Below are positions 51,731 through 64,000 of a stretch of DNA of 64,000 nucleotides, piece after piece; the stretch's first letter is position 1, and each line of letters begins with the position of its first letter. Location: positions 216,504,001 through 216,568,000 of the forward strand of contig OX597814.1 of NCBI GenBank assembly GCA_951406725.2. The letters are read 5' to 3'. The stretch comes from Octopus vulgaris (Eukaryota). A program made the position numbers and the translations under genes. A model generated the notes under the pieces. The model saw only the letters and a program-made list of their open reading frames with translations. It was not told the origin of the DNA and made no database searches.

Positions 51731-52836
51731 ATACAAGATAAGAAAATGGAGAAATACATCTAAATCAAATATCAATTACCAGATAATACTCAATCACATG
51801 AGACTGTAGGGTTAGATATAAAAAGCCGAATAAATCAGTGTACATAAAGGAATGTAAATAAAAAAGTGTACATAAAAGAGTAATGTTGTATAATAAGTAG
51901 AATATATATAAAAGAGAATATAGATACAAGTAAATATAAATATAAGTATAAATTAGATCTTACAGCTGTTTCGGCCATGTCGATAATTATGTCTCATTTT
52001 ACCAATATTAGCCCTTTATGGTTGGTCAATATATAGATATAAATGAGACATTAACAAAAATATCACAAGGCCTCTTCGGAGATTATGTAATATAACCTAC
52101 ATATATACCCACATGGGTGTGGGTGCATACCCACAATACAACATATATATATATATACATATGAGTGCATATACTCACACTCCTATACATATAAAAATAT
52201 ACATTTACATAATGATATAAATAAATAATATAAATTAGTAAACATAAATATGTGTTCCACACTCAATGTGTCAGTTTTTCGACTTAATATTGTGATAATA
52301 AACATACACAAATTAATACCTAGATGCAAATATACATAGTCAATAGTACATTATATTACTTCATAATAGTTTCTAAAGTGTCATTAAAGTTAGTATCATT
52401 ATCGTTGTCAATACCATTAATTTTATCATTGTTATCATTCATAATATTATTAATAACTCTTACGTTATGATCCAGAGCGGAATATATGTATGTCTGTGTT
52501 CCAGTTAATAATTTTCCTTATGGCATAAATACACTAATATTGGTAAAATAAGACATAATTATCGACATGGCCGAAACAGCTGTAAGATCTAATTTATATT
52601 TATATTTATATTTACTTGTATCTATATTCTCTTATATATATATTCTACTTATTATACAACATTACTCTTTTATGTACACTTTTTTATTTACATTCCTTTA
52701 TGTACACTGATTTGTTCGTTTTTTTATATTTAACCCTACAGTCTCTTATGTTGTGGTTTAATAAAGTATGTGATTGAGTATTATCTGGCAATTGATATTT
52801 GATTTAGATGTATTCCTCCATTTTCTTATCTTGTAT
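51731..52836. mobile_element. PLE-type inverted pseudo-LTR pair (51731-52011 / 52534-52836)
   Basis: ~280-300-bp inverted repeats containing GGCCGAAACAGCTGTAAGAT. Confidence 0.8.
51957..52083 (-). ncRNA. Type I hammerhead ribozyme, U4C variant with long stem II
   Basis: ATCT-CCGAAGA-GGCC...GGCC-GAAA-CAGCTG-TA-AGAT. Confidence 0.7.
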
Positions 52837-52920
52837 ATATACATATATATATATATATACACACATATATATATATATATATACGCACATATATATATAT
52901 ATATACACATATATATATAT

Positions 52921-53011
<91 letters not shown>

Positions 53012-53087
53012 CATATATATATATATACATATATAATATATACATATACATATATACATATATATACATATACATATATACATATAC

Positions 53088-53132
<45 letters not shown>

Positions 53133-53152
53133 CATATATACATATACATATA

Positions 53153-53184
<32 letters not shown>

Positions 53185-53299
53185 CATATATACATATATA
53201 TATATACATATATACATATATATATATACATATATACATATATATATATACATATATACATATATATATATACATATATACATATATATACATATATAC

Positions 53300-53365
<66 letters not shown>
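52835..53365. repeat. Long (TA)n/(TACA)n microsatellite (similar tracts at 51050, 51430, 54647, 55890, 59177)
   Basis: Directly visible. Confidence 0.95.
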
Positions 53366-53367
<2 letters not shown>

Positions 53368-54646
53368 TAATAAAAGAAATAAAACATATGCATATATATA
53401 AACATATATGTATGTACCTACCTCTACATGTACATATACACGCATATATGAGTACAGGACACCAAAGGGACGTCGAACACAAAGAGAAACGAAAACATAG
53501 ACACAAACCAAAGGAACAGGACGTTTTTTTAAAAACAAAAAATGGAGTACAGGACAGTTAACACAACGAAAAAACCCCTTCTTCAGTCGCTAAGGTTTCA
53601 TCTACTCTACGTTTTGAAGGATAAAAGTGAGACATATCTTCGACAAGAAACTTTCCTTCCTGCGAAAAGCAAATCAATTAAAATTCTGAGATCTTTTCGC
53701 AGAGGGGTAAAAAATGGTAAAAAAAATGTGGTAAAAAAATGGTAAAAAAACAGGACAGTAACGACAGTACAAGAATATAAACAGTAAAAAAATATATATA
53801 TAAACAATAAAAAAATATATATAGCAGTAAAAGACAGGACAGGGAAAACAAGATAAGAAGGGCTGTTGACGCCGAACGAAAAAAGTATTGCAAACGCTGA
53901 ATTTTTTGTGAACGACGAGAGAGCAGGAAAAGTCGTCCAGTTGCCTTGAAAGGCGGGTGAGAAAGACAGTTAGCAGTTACGGCGGAAGTATCGTCGCAGG
54001 TGGACGACGGGAATGGGGGAGGAGGAGCAAGAGGAAGGGAGAGAAGAAGGGGAATGGTGTGAGACCATGAAGAATGGTGAGGGGGAGAGAGAGAATGAAG
54101 AATGAGAGAGAGAGGAAGAGACAAGTTAAGTGAGGGAAAAAAGACGAAAAAGGGGATGGGATAGAAAGAAAGATGGAGAGTACGCGTGAGAGTTAATATC
54201 AAGGCGAAACTTGATATACAGAACAATCTTACTTGAGAGGGTGCGTGCGTTTAGTCGTATAATATATTAATAAAAGAAATAAAACATATGCATATATATA
54301 AACATATATGTACATACCTACCTCTACATGTACATATACACGCATATATGAGTACAGGACACCAAAGGGACGTCGAACACATAGAGAAACGAAAACATAG
54401 ACACAAACCAAAAGAACAGGACGTTTTTTTAAAAACAAAAAATGGAGTACAGGACAGTTAACACAACGAAAAAACCCTATCTTCAGTCGCTAAGGTTTCA
54501 GCTACTCTACGTTTCGAAGGATAAAAGTGAGACATATCTTCGACAAGAAACTTTCCTTCCTGCGAAAAGCAAATCAATTAAAATTCTGAGATCTTTTCGC
54601 AGAGGGGTAAAAAATGGTAAAAAAAATGTGGTAAAAAAATGGTAAA
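53363..54646 (-). mobile_element. Non-autonomous element with ~380-bp direct repeats, period 900 (PLE pseudo-LTR-like)
   Basis: 53363-53746 is nearly identical to 54263-54646 and is flanked by (TA)n. PLE assignment is inferred from architecture only. Confidence 0.6.
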
Positions 54647-54692
54647 TATATACATATATACATATATATATATACATATATATATACATATA

Positions 54693-54728
<36 letters not shown>

Positions 54729-54757
54729 CATATATATATATACATATATATATATAC

Positions 54758-54866
<109 letters not shown>

Positions 54867-54875
54867 CATATATAT

Positions 54876-55887
54876 ATACTTTGATACTTTGATACTTTGA
54901 TAGGTTTCGGCCATTATTGGCCCAGGCCATGTCTAACTTAATAGCACCACCTGGTGAAGTCTTTCAAGTCAGAATTTGGGCACTATGGCCCACTCAAGTA
55001 GAGAGTTATTGTTTACAGAGACATATCCGGGTGTAGGTGGTTTATCCGGGATTTCTTGAAGGAATCTGTCCAAAGACTTCTTGAACCCTATAGGGTCAGT
55101 TTCTGTTTTAATGTGTTTTGGTGTAATGTTAAAGAGAGCGGGGCCAATTGAGGTGAAATAATTGTGCCGTATTGTTGTTATGAGATGAGAGTGCGATTTT
55201 TGTTTTGGGCGGATGGCACGGGGCCCAAGCCTTGGATGTACCTTAAAGGTGATGCCAACATCATTTGGGCAATGCTGATGGAATATTTTCCACATCATGC
55301 AGATGATGTAGCGCTCACGACGACGTTGGAGAGAATAGAGTTTTAGCTTTTCTAGTCGACCCCAATAGTCGAGGCCTGTCATGCCATCTATCTTTTTTGT
55401 GATTGCCCTTTGAGGTGCTTCAACTTTTATGATACCTTGTATTGTGTGGGGAGACCACAGTGGACAACAGTATTCAAGGTGGGGTCGGGCAAAAGTGGAG
55501 AAGAGAAGGATAATGGTGTGGATATCTCTCGACTGGAAAGTTCTGAGAATCCAGGAACACATTCTGCGGGCCATGTCAACTTTGGTGTTTATATGAGTGG
55601 CCCAGCTTACGTTGTTGTCCACAATTACTCCCAAGTCTCTGATGTTGTTGGACGCCGCGAGAGTTTCACCTGAAGGAAGGGAGTATGGGAGTTTCAGGGC
55701 ATCCTCTTTTCCAAAGTGGATTAGCTCAAATTTATCCTCGTTCAGCAGCATATTGTTTTTTTCTGCCCATTGGATAACAGCCAGTAGATCTGACTGAAGG
55801 CATGTCCGGTCACTCGCCTCATTTATGACCTTCTGTAGCTTGGAGTCATCTGCAAAGATTTTTATGTTGCTGTGCTTGATGATGTCA

Positions 55888-55890
<3 letters not shown>
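54876..55890 (-). mobile_element. 5'-truncated, young CR1-group LINE (RT C-terminal ~305 aa uninterrupted)
   Basis: [42 protein letters not shown], with an 8-bp tandem tail (TATCAAAG)3. Confidence 0.88.
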
Positions 55891-55957
<67 letters not shown>

Positions 55958-56036
55958 CATATATATATACATATACATATATACATATATATATACATAT
56001 ATATATATATACACATATATATACATATATATATAC

Positions 56037-56082
<46 letters not shown>

Positions 56083-56085
<3 letters not shown>

Positions 56086-58632
56086 GGAAAAAAGCAACAA
56101 GAATGGATCAATGTTTCGTACGAAGACATCTTTAATAAGTTCTACAAAAATTGCAGTAAATATAGGTGACTCGTACTCATCAGCCGAAAAAACATCTGAG
56201 ATTCCCAAACATCAAAGGGGGTGATGTTACACCCGTGAAACATCATGGAAAGTTCTATAAAAATGAGATTTAGATAACAAATTGGTTTCTAAAAGTTCTA
56301 TTTTTATTGCACAGTCATATATCAGGGTTTTAAAAAATTTTTTCAAAACCTCTTAGTTTTCCAGAAAGTGAAGATGAAAGTGAGGGTGTGAGTTTATCCA
56401 TATTGAAGAAAGTTTGATTCCTGGAGATCTGATGAGAGGTATCGTACTCACAGAATATGTGTTTGTCCATATATAGTTCATAGTAAAGTGTGATTCAAGC
56501 TGTGTGAAGATATTTTGGATACATTTGTGCGAAATTTCTGAAAACTGCTATGTTAGATCAATAATAATAATATAAAACTAGCCAGGAAAAATTTTAATAA
56601 TAGTAATAAGAATACAAATAAAAATTGTAGTAACATTACTGAAAGTAATAATAGCCGCAATGATAATAATGAATATCAGAACATAAGTATAACCAATAGC
56701 TATAGAATTGCTAGTAATAATAATAACACAAATAGGAATAATTATGTTAATAATACGAATAATACCAAGAGTGAAAATACCGAGAATGGAGACAACAATG
56801 ATATCTACAATAATACTATACATTTAGAAACTAATACCGGCAACAATATTAACAGCACCAACAATATTAATAATGATGGTAGGGTTATAGAATCAAATGA
56901 TAGTGTAAGAATACCGATAAATGATAATACTACTTTAGATAATAACATTAACTACAATAACGATAACATTATTTTAGATAGCAGCAGTAACCAAAATTAT
57001 GAAAAATATATACTCGTAATATTTCGAGTAACAGTAGTATGAGACTTCTATCCTCGAATAATTCCACATCAAATTATAATCCCCCTTGATGTAACTGCAG
57101 AATTAGATCAAAATGCCCGGCGCCTGGTCTATGCGGGTTAAATAACGTAATCTACAAATGCACCATAACCACGGATAATAACTAATATACTTATTTAGGA
57201 TGTACTATAAATTTTAAAAAACGCCTTAGTAACCATCTATCCTCTTTCAGATTACGTCATAAAGCTGATAGCACCACTCTTTCAAGTAAAATCTGGGAAT
57301 TAAAAAACAATAATATTAAATATAACCTTAATTGGGAATTAGTTAGAAGAGCGATACCTTATAAAAACAGCAGAGTAGGTTGTCAACTTTGCTCCATGGA
57401 AACACTTGAAATACTAATGTATAGAAAAAATGATATTTTATTGAACAGCAGGATTGAACTGGGTCCCTCTTGTATCCATGCTAAGACTAAGACTCTTAAA
57501 TATTTTAAATGATAACAGTATATATAAAAAATCACTTTGAATAAAACATTACTCTTACATATTATATATTTAATTAGACAGCTACGATCTAATTAGCTAT
57601 GATTATATTCTTTCTCTAACTATACTAGGTGATACTGATAGATATAAATTAATTGATTTGAAACTTCATTCTATTAGACTATGTAGATAATTTAAATTAT
57701 TTCTTTCTAATTTTTAGTCTATCTTATAGTAAGTTAGTTAATTAAACTTCTTAGTTCTTTTATACTAATAATAAATTTTGCTAATCCCAAACCTATAATA
57801 TAACGGTTTCATTATGAAAAATAACTCTATTTCCTTACTTCTGACCTCTAATTGTATTCCCATAACCTGGCAATGTATTAATAGTAACATTAATAAATGA
57901 AGAAATAAATTAAATGACCTTCGTTCGAATTTTGCACTAAGATGTTTTCCTATAGAAACAACCTTTGACCCCTCCTTTTCACCTTCCCATTTCCTCTTTA
58001 TATAGCAATTAACAACAGTAGGTGGTCAAATTCAACATTCCTCCTTTAAGCTCTGTGGTTCTTGCAGATTTCAATAGCAGTCTGTTCGTCTCCACTATAA
58101 GACTGTTGCTACGCTTCAGAGACCCTCCTACAACTTCCTTGGATTCTAACATAGCAGTTTTCAGAAATTTCGCACAAATGTATCCAAAATATCTTCACAC
58201 AGCTTGAATCACACTTTACTATGAACTATATATGGACAAACACATATTCTGTGAGTACGATACCTCTCATCAGATCTCCAGGAATCAAACTTTCTTCAAT
58301 ATGGATAAACTCACACCCTCACTTTCATCTTCACTTTCTGGAAAACTAAGAGGTTTTGAAAAAATTTTTTAAAACCCTGATATATGACTGTGCAATAAAA
58401 ATAGAACTTTTAGAAACCAATTTGTTATCTAAATCTCATTTTTATAGAACTTTCCATGATGTTTCACGAATATAACATCACCCCCTTTGATGTTTGGGAA
58501 TCTCAGATGTTTTTTCGGCTGATGAGTACGAGTTACCTATATTTACTGCAATTTTTGTAGCCTTATTAAAGATGTCTTCGTACGAAACAATTGTACCGAA
58601 ATATTGATCCATTGTTGTTGCTTTTTTCCTAT
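56083..58632. mobile_element. Non-autonomous PLE derivative: ~475-bp near-perfect inverted repeats (56083-56557 / 58145-58632) around a GIY-YIG remnant (57089-57512, +)
   Basis: CNCRIRSKCPAPGLC..NVIYKCTITTDNN*YTYLGCTINFKKRLSNHLSSF..TTLSSKIWELK..CQLCSME. Confidence 0.85.
58513..58601 (+). ncRNA. Type I hammerhead ribozyme with intact core
   Basis: Stem I TTTCGG/CCGAAA, core CTGATGA, stem II GTACGAG/TTCGTAC, GAAA, palindromic stem III ACAATTGT, GUA triplet with predicted cleavage after 58595. Confidence 0.85.
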
Positions 58633-58766
58633 TTATAATCACCCCACTTTGTCGTATGGTTAACACCATATAGATTTCTGGTGCATCCAAGTTAAGTACC
58701 ATATTCATGTGAATTCAACAGAACTCACTTGAATCTTAATTGCTTGTACCATATATATATATATGT

Positions 58767-59173
58767 AGCCAGTACCGCAACGACTGGCCTCCGTGCTGAG
58801 GGCACGTAACAAACACCATCCGAGCGTGGCCGTCCGCCAGCCTCGTCTGGCACCTGTGTCGGTGACACATAAGAAAACACCATCCGAGCGTGGCCGTCAG
58901 CCAGCCTCGTCTGGCACCTGTGTCGGTGGCACATAAAAAACACCATCCGAGCGTGGCCGTCTGCCAGCCTCGTCTGGCACCTGTGTCGGTGGCACATAAA
59001 ATCACCCACTACACTCTCGGAGTGGTTGGCGTTAGGAAGGGCATCCAGCTGTAGAAACACTGCCAGATCTGACTGGCCTGGTGCAGCCTTCGGGCTTGCC
59101 AGACCCCAGTTGAACCGTCCAACCCATGCTAGCATGGAAAGCGGACGTTAAACGATGATGATGATGATGATGA

Positions 59174-59176
<3 letters not shown>
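58767..59176 (+). mobile_element. LINE/SINE 3' end with three ~63-bp tandem units and (GAT)n tail
   Basis: AACACCATCCGAGCGTGGCCGTC.GCCAGCCTCGTCTGGCACCTGTGTCGGTG occurs three times. CpGs are retained, suggesting a young copy. Confidence 0.8.
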
Positions 59177-59222
<46 letters not shown>

Positions 59223-59249
59223 TACGTATACATATATATATATATTTAA

Positions 59250-61093
59250 AAACTGTCAGTACTGAAAACATCTAAGATATAGCAGAGCTCACCAAGGCTG
59301 TTGACTCCCTAGCAAGAAATAAGGCTCCAGGAAAAGACGGCATCCCCTCAGAGATCATCAAAGCCGGCAAAAACACCATCCTGCTTCGGCACCTTCATGA
59401 GCTTCTGTGTCAGTGCTGGGAAGAGGGTACAGTCCCTCAGGATATGCGGGATGCCAACATCATTACGCTTTACAAAAACAAAGGTGACCGTGGTGATTGT
59501 AACAATTACCCTGGTATATCCCTTCTAAGGACCTTTGGGAAAGACCTTTGCCCGCGTTACCCTGGCCAGGCTACAACTACTTGCTTCTCGAATCTATCCG
59601 GAATCGCAGTGTGGCTTTAGAAGAAGCAGATCAACTATCGATATGATATTCTCCATACGCCAACTTCAGGAGAAGTCCAGAGAGCAGAAAATGCCATTAT
59701 ATATGGCCTTCATTGATCTAACAAAGGCTTTTGACTTGGTAAGCAGAACAAGCCTCTTCCTCCTGCTCCACAAAATCGGATGTCCACCAAAGCTGCTGAG
59801 GATCATCAAGTCTTTCCATGATGACATGCAAGGCACCATACAGCACAACGGTTCAACATCAGCCGCCTTCCAAATAAAAAACGGGGTAAAGCAAGGCTGT
59901 GTCCTCACTCCTACATTGTTTGGCATCTTCTTCTCACTCTTACTGTCACATGCCTTTCAGACATCAGATGATGGAGTGTTTCTGCACAGTAGAAGTGACG
60001 GGAAACTGTTCAATCTCTCGCGCCTGCGTGCCAAGACCAAAATCAGAAACGTCCTGATCAAGGAGATGTTATTTGCTGATGATGCCGCTCTAGTAACACA
60101 CACAGAAGAAGCCCTCCAAAGGCTCATTAACTGTTTTGAGCAAGCATGTAACGACTTTGGCTTAGCTATCAGCCTTAAGAAGACCAACATCATGGGCCAG
60201 GCTACATCGGACATCCCAAACATACATATTTGGAGACCACAGATTACAAGAGGTGGAGAAGTTTACCTATCTGGGCTCTACCGTCACCTACAACCTATCC
60301 CTTGATGCTGAGCTCAATATACGCATTGGCAAGGCAGCTGCTGCGATGGCCCAACTCTCCAAACGGGCTTGGGACAACAATAAGCTGACCAAGACCACGA
60401 AAATGAAGATCTACCAGGCATGTGTACTCAGCACTCTACTGTATGGAAGCGAGACCTGGACGCTATACATACGCCAAGAGCGTCGCCTAAACATCTTTCA
60501 CCTGCGCTGCCTCCAAAAAATCCTCCACATCAAATGGCAGAATCATATCCCCAACAAAGATGTCCTCAGGCAAGCAGGAATACCAAGCATGTTTGCACTC
60601 CTCACACAAAGACGTATGAGATGGCTTGGGCATGTTAGCCGTATGAAAGATGGCAGAATCCCCAAGGACATACTCTACGGAGAGCTTGCTAGGGGTACTA
60701 GGTCTGTGGGTAGACCGATCTTACGTTACAAGGATGTTTGCAAAAGGGATATGAAGGCCTGCAACATCAATATTAGCGGTTGGGAGGCAGTCGCCGGCAA
60801 CCGTGGAGAATGGCGACGTACAGTAAAAGAGGGAATACAAAAGAGTGACAGAGAGAGAGAGGAGAAATGGAAAGAAAGGAAGAGACGTAAACAAGAGACC
60901 ATGGCACTACAACCAGCCAGGAACAGTCTTCGCTACATTTGCGGTACCTGCCAGAGGGAGTGTTTGTCCAGGATAGGACTACACAGCCACAGCAGGAAAT
61001 GTATCAGGAAATAAAATATAAAAGCCGGACTTGACCTAGAAAAAGAAAAAAAAAATGCGCAACTCCATTGTCTCCAGAGACAGAAAGGATGCC
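59250..61093 (+). mobile_element. 5'-truncated BovB/RTE-like LINE (RT + C-terminal zinc finger) with about 2 frameshifts
   Basis: PESQCGFR, FIDLTKAFDLV, GVKQGCVLTPTLF, MLFADDAAL, YICGTCQRECLSRIGLHSHSRKC. 3' end GTCTCCAGAGACAGAAAGGATGCC. Confidence 0.9.
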
Positions 61094-61141
61094 TATACAA
61101 TATATATATATACATATATATAGCAGGCATTCGTCGTGACA

Positions 61142-64000
61142 AGACGTACTTTTCATAGCTCCGGTGAAAGTCAGTAGCCAAAGTCAGTAGCCAAAGAAGC
61201 ATATTTCAACTCAAGCCAGCAGAAGCTCTCATTGTTTTTAGTCCCAGTACTTTTGAATTCTTCAATTCTACTATTTTACTCTTCTACTACCATTGGAGGT
61301 TAAATTTAAACAAATCTATATACAACCTGGAGAAAGAAATATAAACCAAAACTAAACCCAAGACTAGTTCTAAAACTAGTCCCGTGAGTACAATTCCTCT
61401 TCCTTGATCCGTATTAAACTCACCGCTTATCCTGATTTGTACAAAATACACTGAACTCTCCCACACACACTCACATTTCCGAATATATCGAAACAAACTT
61501 TACAACGGTGTATTCACTATTATACTTCAAGCCTATAATACTGTCCCACTGAATATGGCCAATAATATTCAAAAACGCCACTGGGTTGAAAATGAAATCA
61601 CTGCACTGATAAACGCTTGGTACACCCACCACAATGAAGCTAATGTTTACAGTAAAATAGCTGAAAAATCAGCAAAACAATCCTTTCACAGATCTGTAAA
61701 ACAGATCGAAAATAAAATAAAAGAAATTGTTAGAATATTTCCTATTTTATACACGCACATGGCAACTCTAGAAGCCATCCTTGTCAATGAACGTAGTGCA
61801 CCAAATGACCCAACTCCAACAGGTCAGGGGTCACTTCCACGACCTGATAGCCAGCAACAAACATCTGACATAATTCCGCCCATTCCACCCAACAACTCAC
61901 TATCACAAAAACAACAACAGCCTGCTTCAGTACCTGACCCGATTCCAAGTCAAGTTTCACTGCTGCTACAGCAACAACAACAACAACAACACTCTGCTAC
62001 TGCTACTACAGCCAGAATAGAAAAACCACTACTACACCCACATAAAACACTCTGCCGTTACTATTCTCAAGGTAACTGTAGATTTGGCCCCAGCAGCACC
62101 AACAACAATGGACGCTGTGCTTATTTCCATCCTACCTTATGTCGTAGACTTGTTAAGGGCACCTGTCCATATGGTATAATGGGAAAAAACTGCCCTCACC
62201 TCCACCCCAAATACTGTCCTAAATACAGAGTCCATGGTCCTGATCCCAAATATGGATGCACAAAAAGCAATGCATGCACCTTCTTCCATCCTAAACTGTG
62301 CCAAACTTCTGTGTCTCTAAGGATGTACCTGAACCCAGAATGCAACCACCACCATCTGAAGGGCACAAAACGATCGCAGAATAAATATAAACAGCAACAG
62401 AGGAAATCTACGACAACAACAAGAACAAAACACAACCACGTTTCCCCTCCTACAATCAAACAATGTAGACAGAACCATGAAAAAACCATAACACCAAATA
62501 ACACCAACATGAAATATGTATCCTCTGACCAAGTGGCAAACCAAAGAGGTAACTCCTTTTTACTGTTTTACCTAGAAAATATGAAGGCCGACCTAAGCCA
62601 GGAGATCAAATGGAGCTATCAGCAACCACCTATGCAAATCACAAGGACCATACACCCACTACCAACAAGAAAATCATACACACACAGCTCCATACAAAAA
62701 CTACCCACATTGTTACCACGGAACAACATAAAACACAACTTAGAACAAGGCAAACATCAAACTCCCCTTACCTCGACATTCCTGTTAAATGTACGTGGCA
62801 TCAACCCATCAATTATTGCCCAAAATGGAAGATGCCATATATAGAGAGTTGGCTTGCCGAAACGGCACATTGCTTCCCTTTCTTTATCCTTATCGAGACT
62901 CACCTGAACAACACCCATATGGACGCCGAGGTGAAAATAAAAGATTTCACCATTGTTCGTGCGGATTGCACAGACCGAAATAAAAGAGGGACAGCCATCT
63001 TTATCCATGACTCCTTTTCACTTGATGCCAAGGACATATTTTCCAATGGCTATTGTGAATCGGTATCACTATTCAGCAAGGCCAAGGACATAATCATTGT
63101 TGGTCTTTACAGGCCTCCCCAAGCACCTCTAAAGTGCTTTGAAGAGTGCCTTAGCAAAGTCAAGTCCTTCCTTCGGAAGTACAACTCCGGAAACATACTA
63201 GTGATGGGTTATTTTAACCTCCCTCATGTGAACTGGCCCACAAATACTCTGAAGTTAGGCAAATGCTCTACATCAGATAGAGCAGCAGCAGAACTGCTCT
63301 TTAATCTAATGGATGAATACTTCCTGACTCAGCTAGTGCTCGAACCAACAAGACAGAATAAAACGATATTGGATCTGGTATTGACCAATCACTCTAGCTT
63401 CGTTCACAGTATTTCAGTTGAAAAAACTCTCCTCTCAGACCACGACATGATACTCTGTAATTTCAATTCCCGACATATAAAAACCAAACCAGCCAATCCC
63501 ACTCCATGGCACTCATTTGACAACATAAACTTCCACAAAGTGGACTGGGGAGCAATGAGAAAGGATCTGTCTTGCATCAACTGGTCTTTTACTCTCAATT
63601 CCACCCATACTGAGACCGCATGGCAGCACTTTGAAAACATTGTCACCTATACATGCTCTAAACACGCTCCCACGAAATCTATTAACACAAACAGAAACCG
63701 GCTCCCTAAAAAGAAAAAAAACACTCATCAGGTGCATCAAAAGACTCAACAAAAAAATCAACCAATTAAAATATTCCCACATACAACATCCAAATTCAAC
63801 AACATGAAAAGGCTAGAGCTGGAAAAACTTCATCTACAGAACGACATGAAAACCTCCATTGAAAATCAAAGAGCTGTGGAGGAACAGTGGGTAATCAAAA
63901 ACATCAAACAGAACCCAAAAGTGTTCTAGTCTTATGCAAATAAGCATAGAACCATTGTCTCACCCATTGGGCCATTGATTGATGGTAACGGCATTCCCCA
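61142..64000 (+). mobile_element. 5' portion of a CR1-group LINE (5' UTR, ORF1, AP endonuclease), running off the window, with frameshift and stop
   Basis: FLLNVRGINPS, IETHL, IVGLYRPP, MGYFNLPHVNW, EPTRQNKTILDLVLTN, SDH. Stop at 63927-63929. Confidence 0.85.
61555..62844 (+). CDS. LINE ORF1-like protein: Myb/SANT-like N-terminus, Q/P-rich linker, CCCH zinc fingers
   Basis: RHWVENEITALINAW..RSVKQIENKIKEI, CRYYSQGNCRFG..CAYFHP, CRRLVKGTCPYG..CPHLHP, CPKY..GCTKSNACTFFHP. Confidence 0.7.
   Translation: MANNIQKRHWVENEITALINAWYTHHNEANVYSKIAEKSAKQSFHRSVKQIENKIKEIVRIFPILYTHMATLEAILVNERSAPNDPTPTGQGSLPRPDSQQQTSDIIPPIPPNNSLSQKQQQPASVPDPIPSQVSLLLQQQQQQQHSATATTARIEKPLLHPHKTLCRYYSQGNCRFGPSSTNNNGRCAYFHPTLCRRLVKGTCPYGIMGKNCPHLHPKYCPKYRVHGPDPKYGCTKSNACTFFHPKLCQTSVSLRMYLNPECNHHHLKGTKRSQNKYKQQQRKSTTTTRTKHNHVSPPTIKQCRQNHEKTITPNNTNMKYVSSDQVANQRGNSFLLFYLENMKADLSQEIKWSYQQPPMQITRTIHPLPTRKSYTHSSIQKLPTLLPRNNIKHNLEQGKHQTPLTSTFLLNVRGINPSIIAQNGRCHI

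Noticed and set aside
54470-54560. CTGAAGA and CGAAACGTA motifs on the minus strand of the 380-bp direct repeats
   Set aside because: I could not assemble them into a consistent hammerhead fold by eye.
54900-54968. GGCC...GGCCGAAAC on the minus strand as a hammerhead
   Set aside because: No adjacent CTGANGA; better explained as the CR1 3' UTR stem-loop.
56425-56460. Second CTGATGA motif with a GAG/CTC mini-stem
   Set aside because: No GAAA follows stem II and there is no stem I/III, so it is not a hammerhead.

Overview
AT-rich, repeat-dense animal genomic DNA, most likely a coleoid cephalopod (Octopus-like), inferred from the SINE/LINE families and the (TA)n/(AAT)n load. The only host-gene signal is three + strand GT-AG exons (29682-31205, 38096-38344, 43349-43528) that splice in frame into a degenerate KH-like region plus a complete macrodomain, i.e. 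part of a PARP14/PARP9-like macro-PARP. About 200 bp upstream of the first exon is a ~12.9 kb tandem array of ~112 copies of a 115-bp monomer derived from the 3' half of a SINE. The rest is nested, mostly decayed retroelements: R4/Dong-like RLE LINEs, several RTE families, CR1-group LINEs, tRNA-SINEs, a possible Helentron-like element and many Penelope-like elements (PLEs). Several PLEs carry hammerhead ribozyme motifs, one with a fully canonical core (58513-58601). Positions 1-715 are a ~97-98% identical paralog of 45542-48775 with a 2.5 kb deletion, so the locus is segmentally duplicated. Transposon boundaries are approximate and family names come from motif recognition, not database searches.
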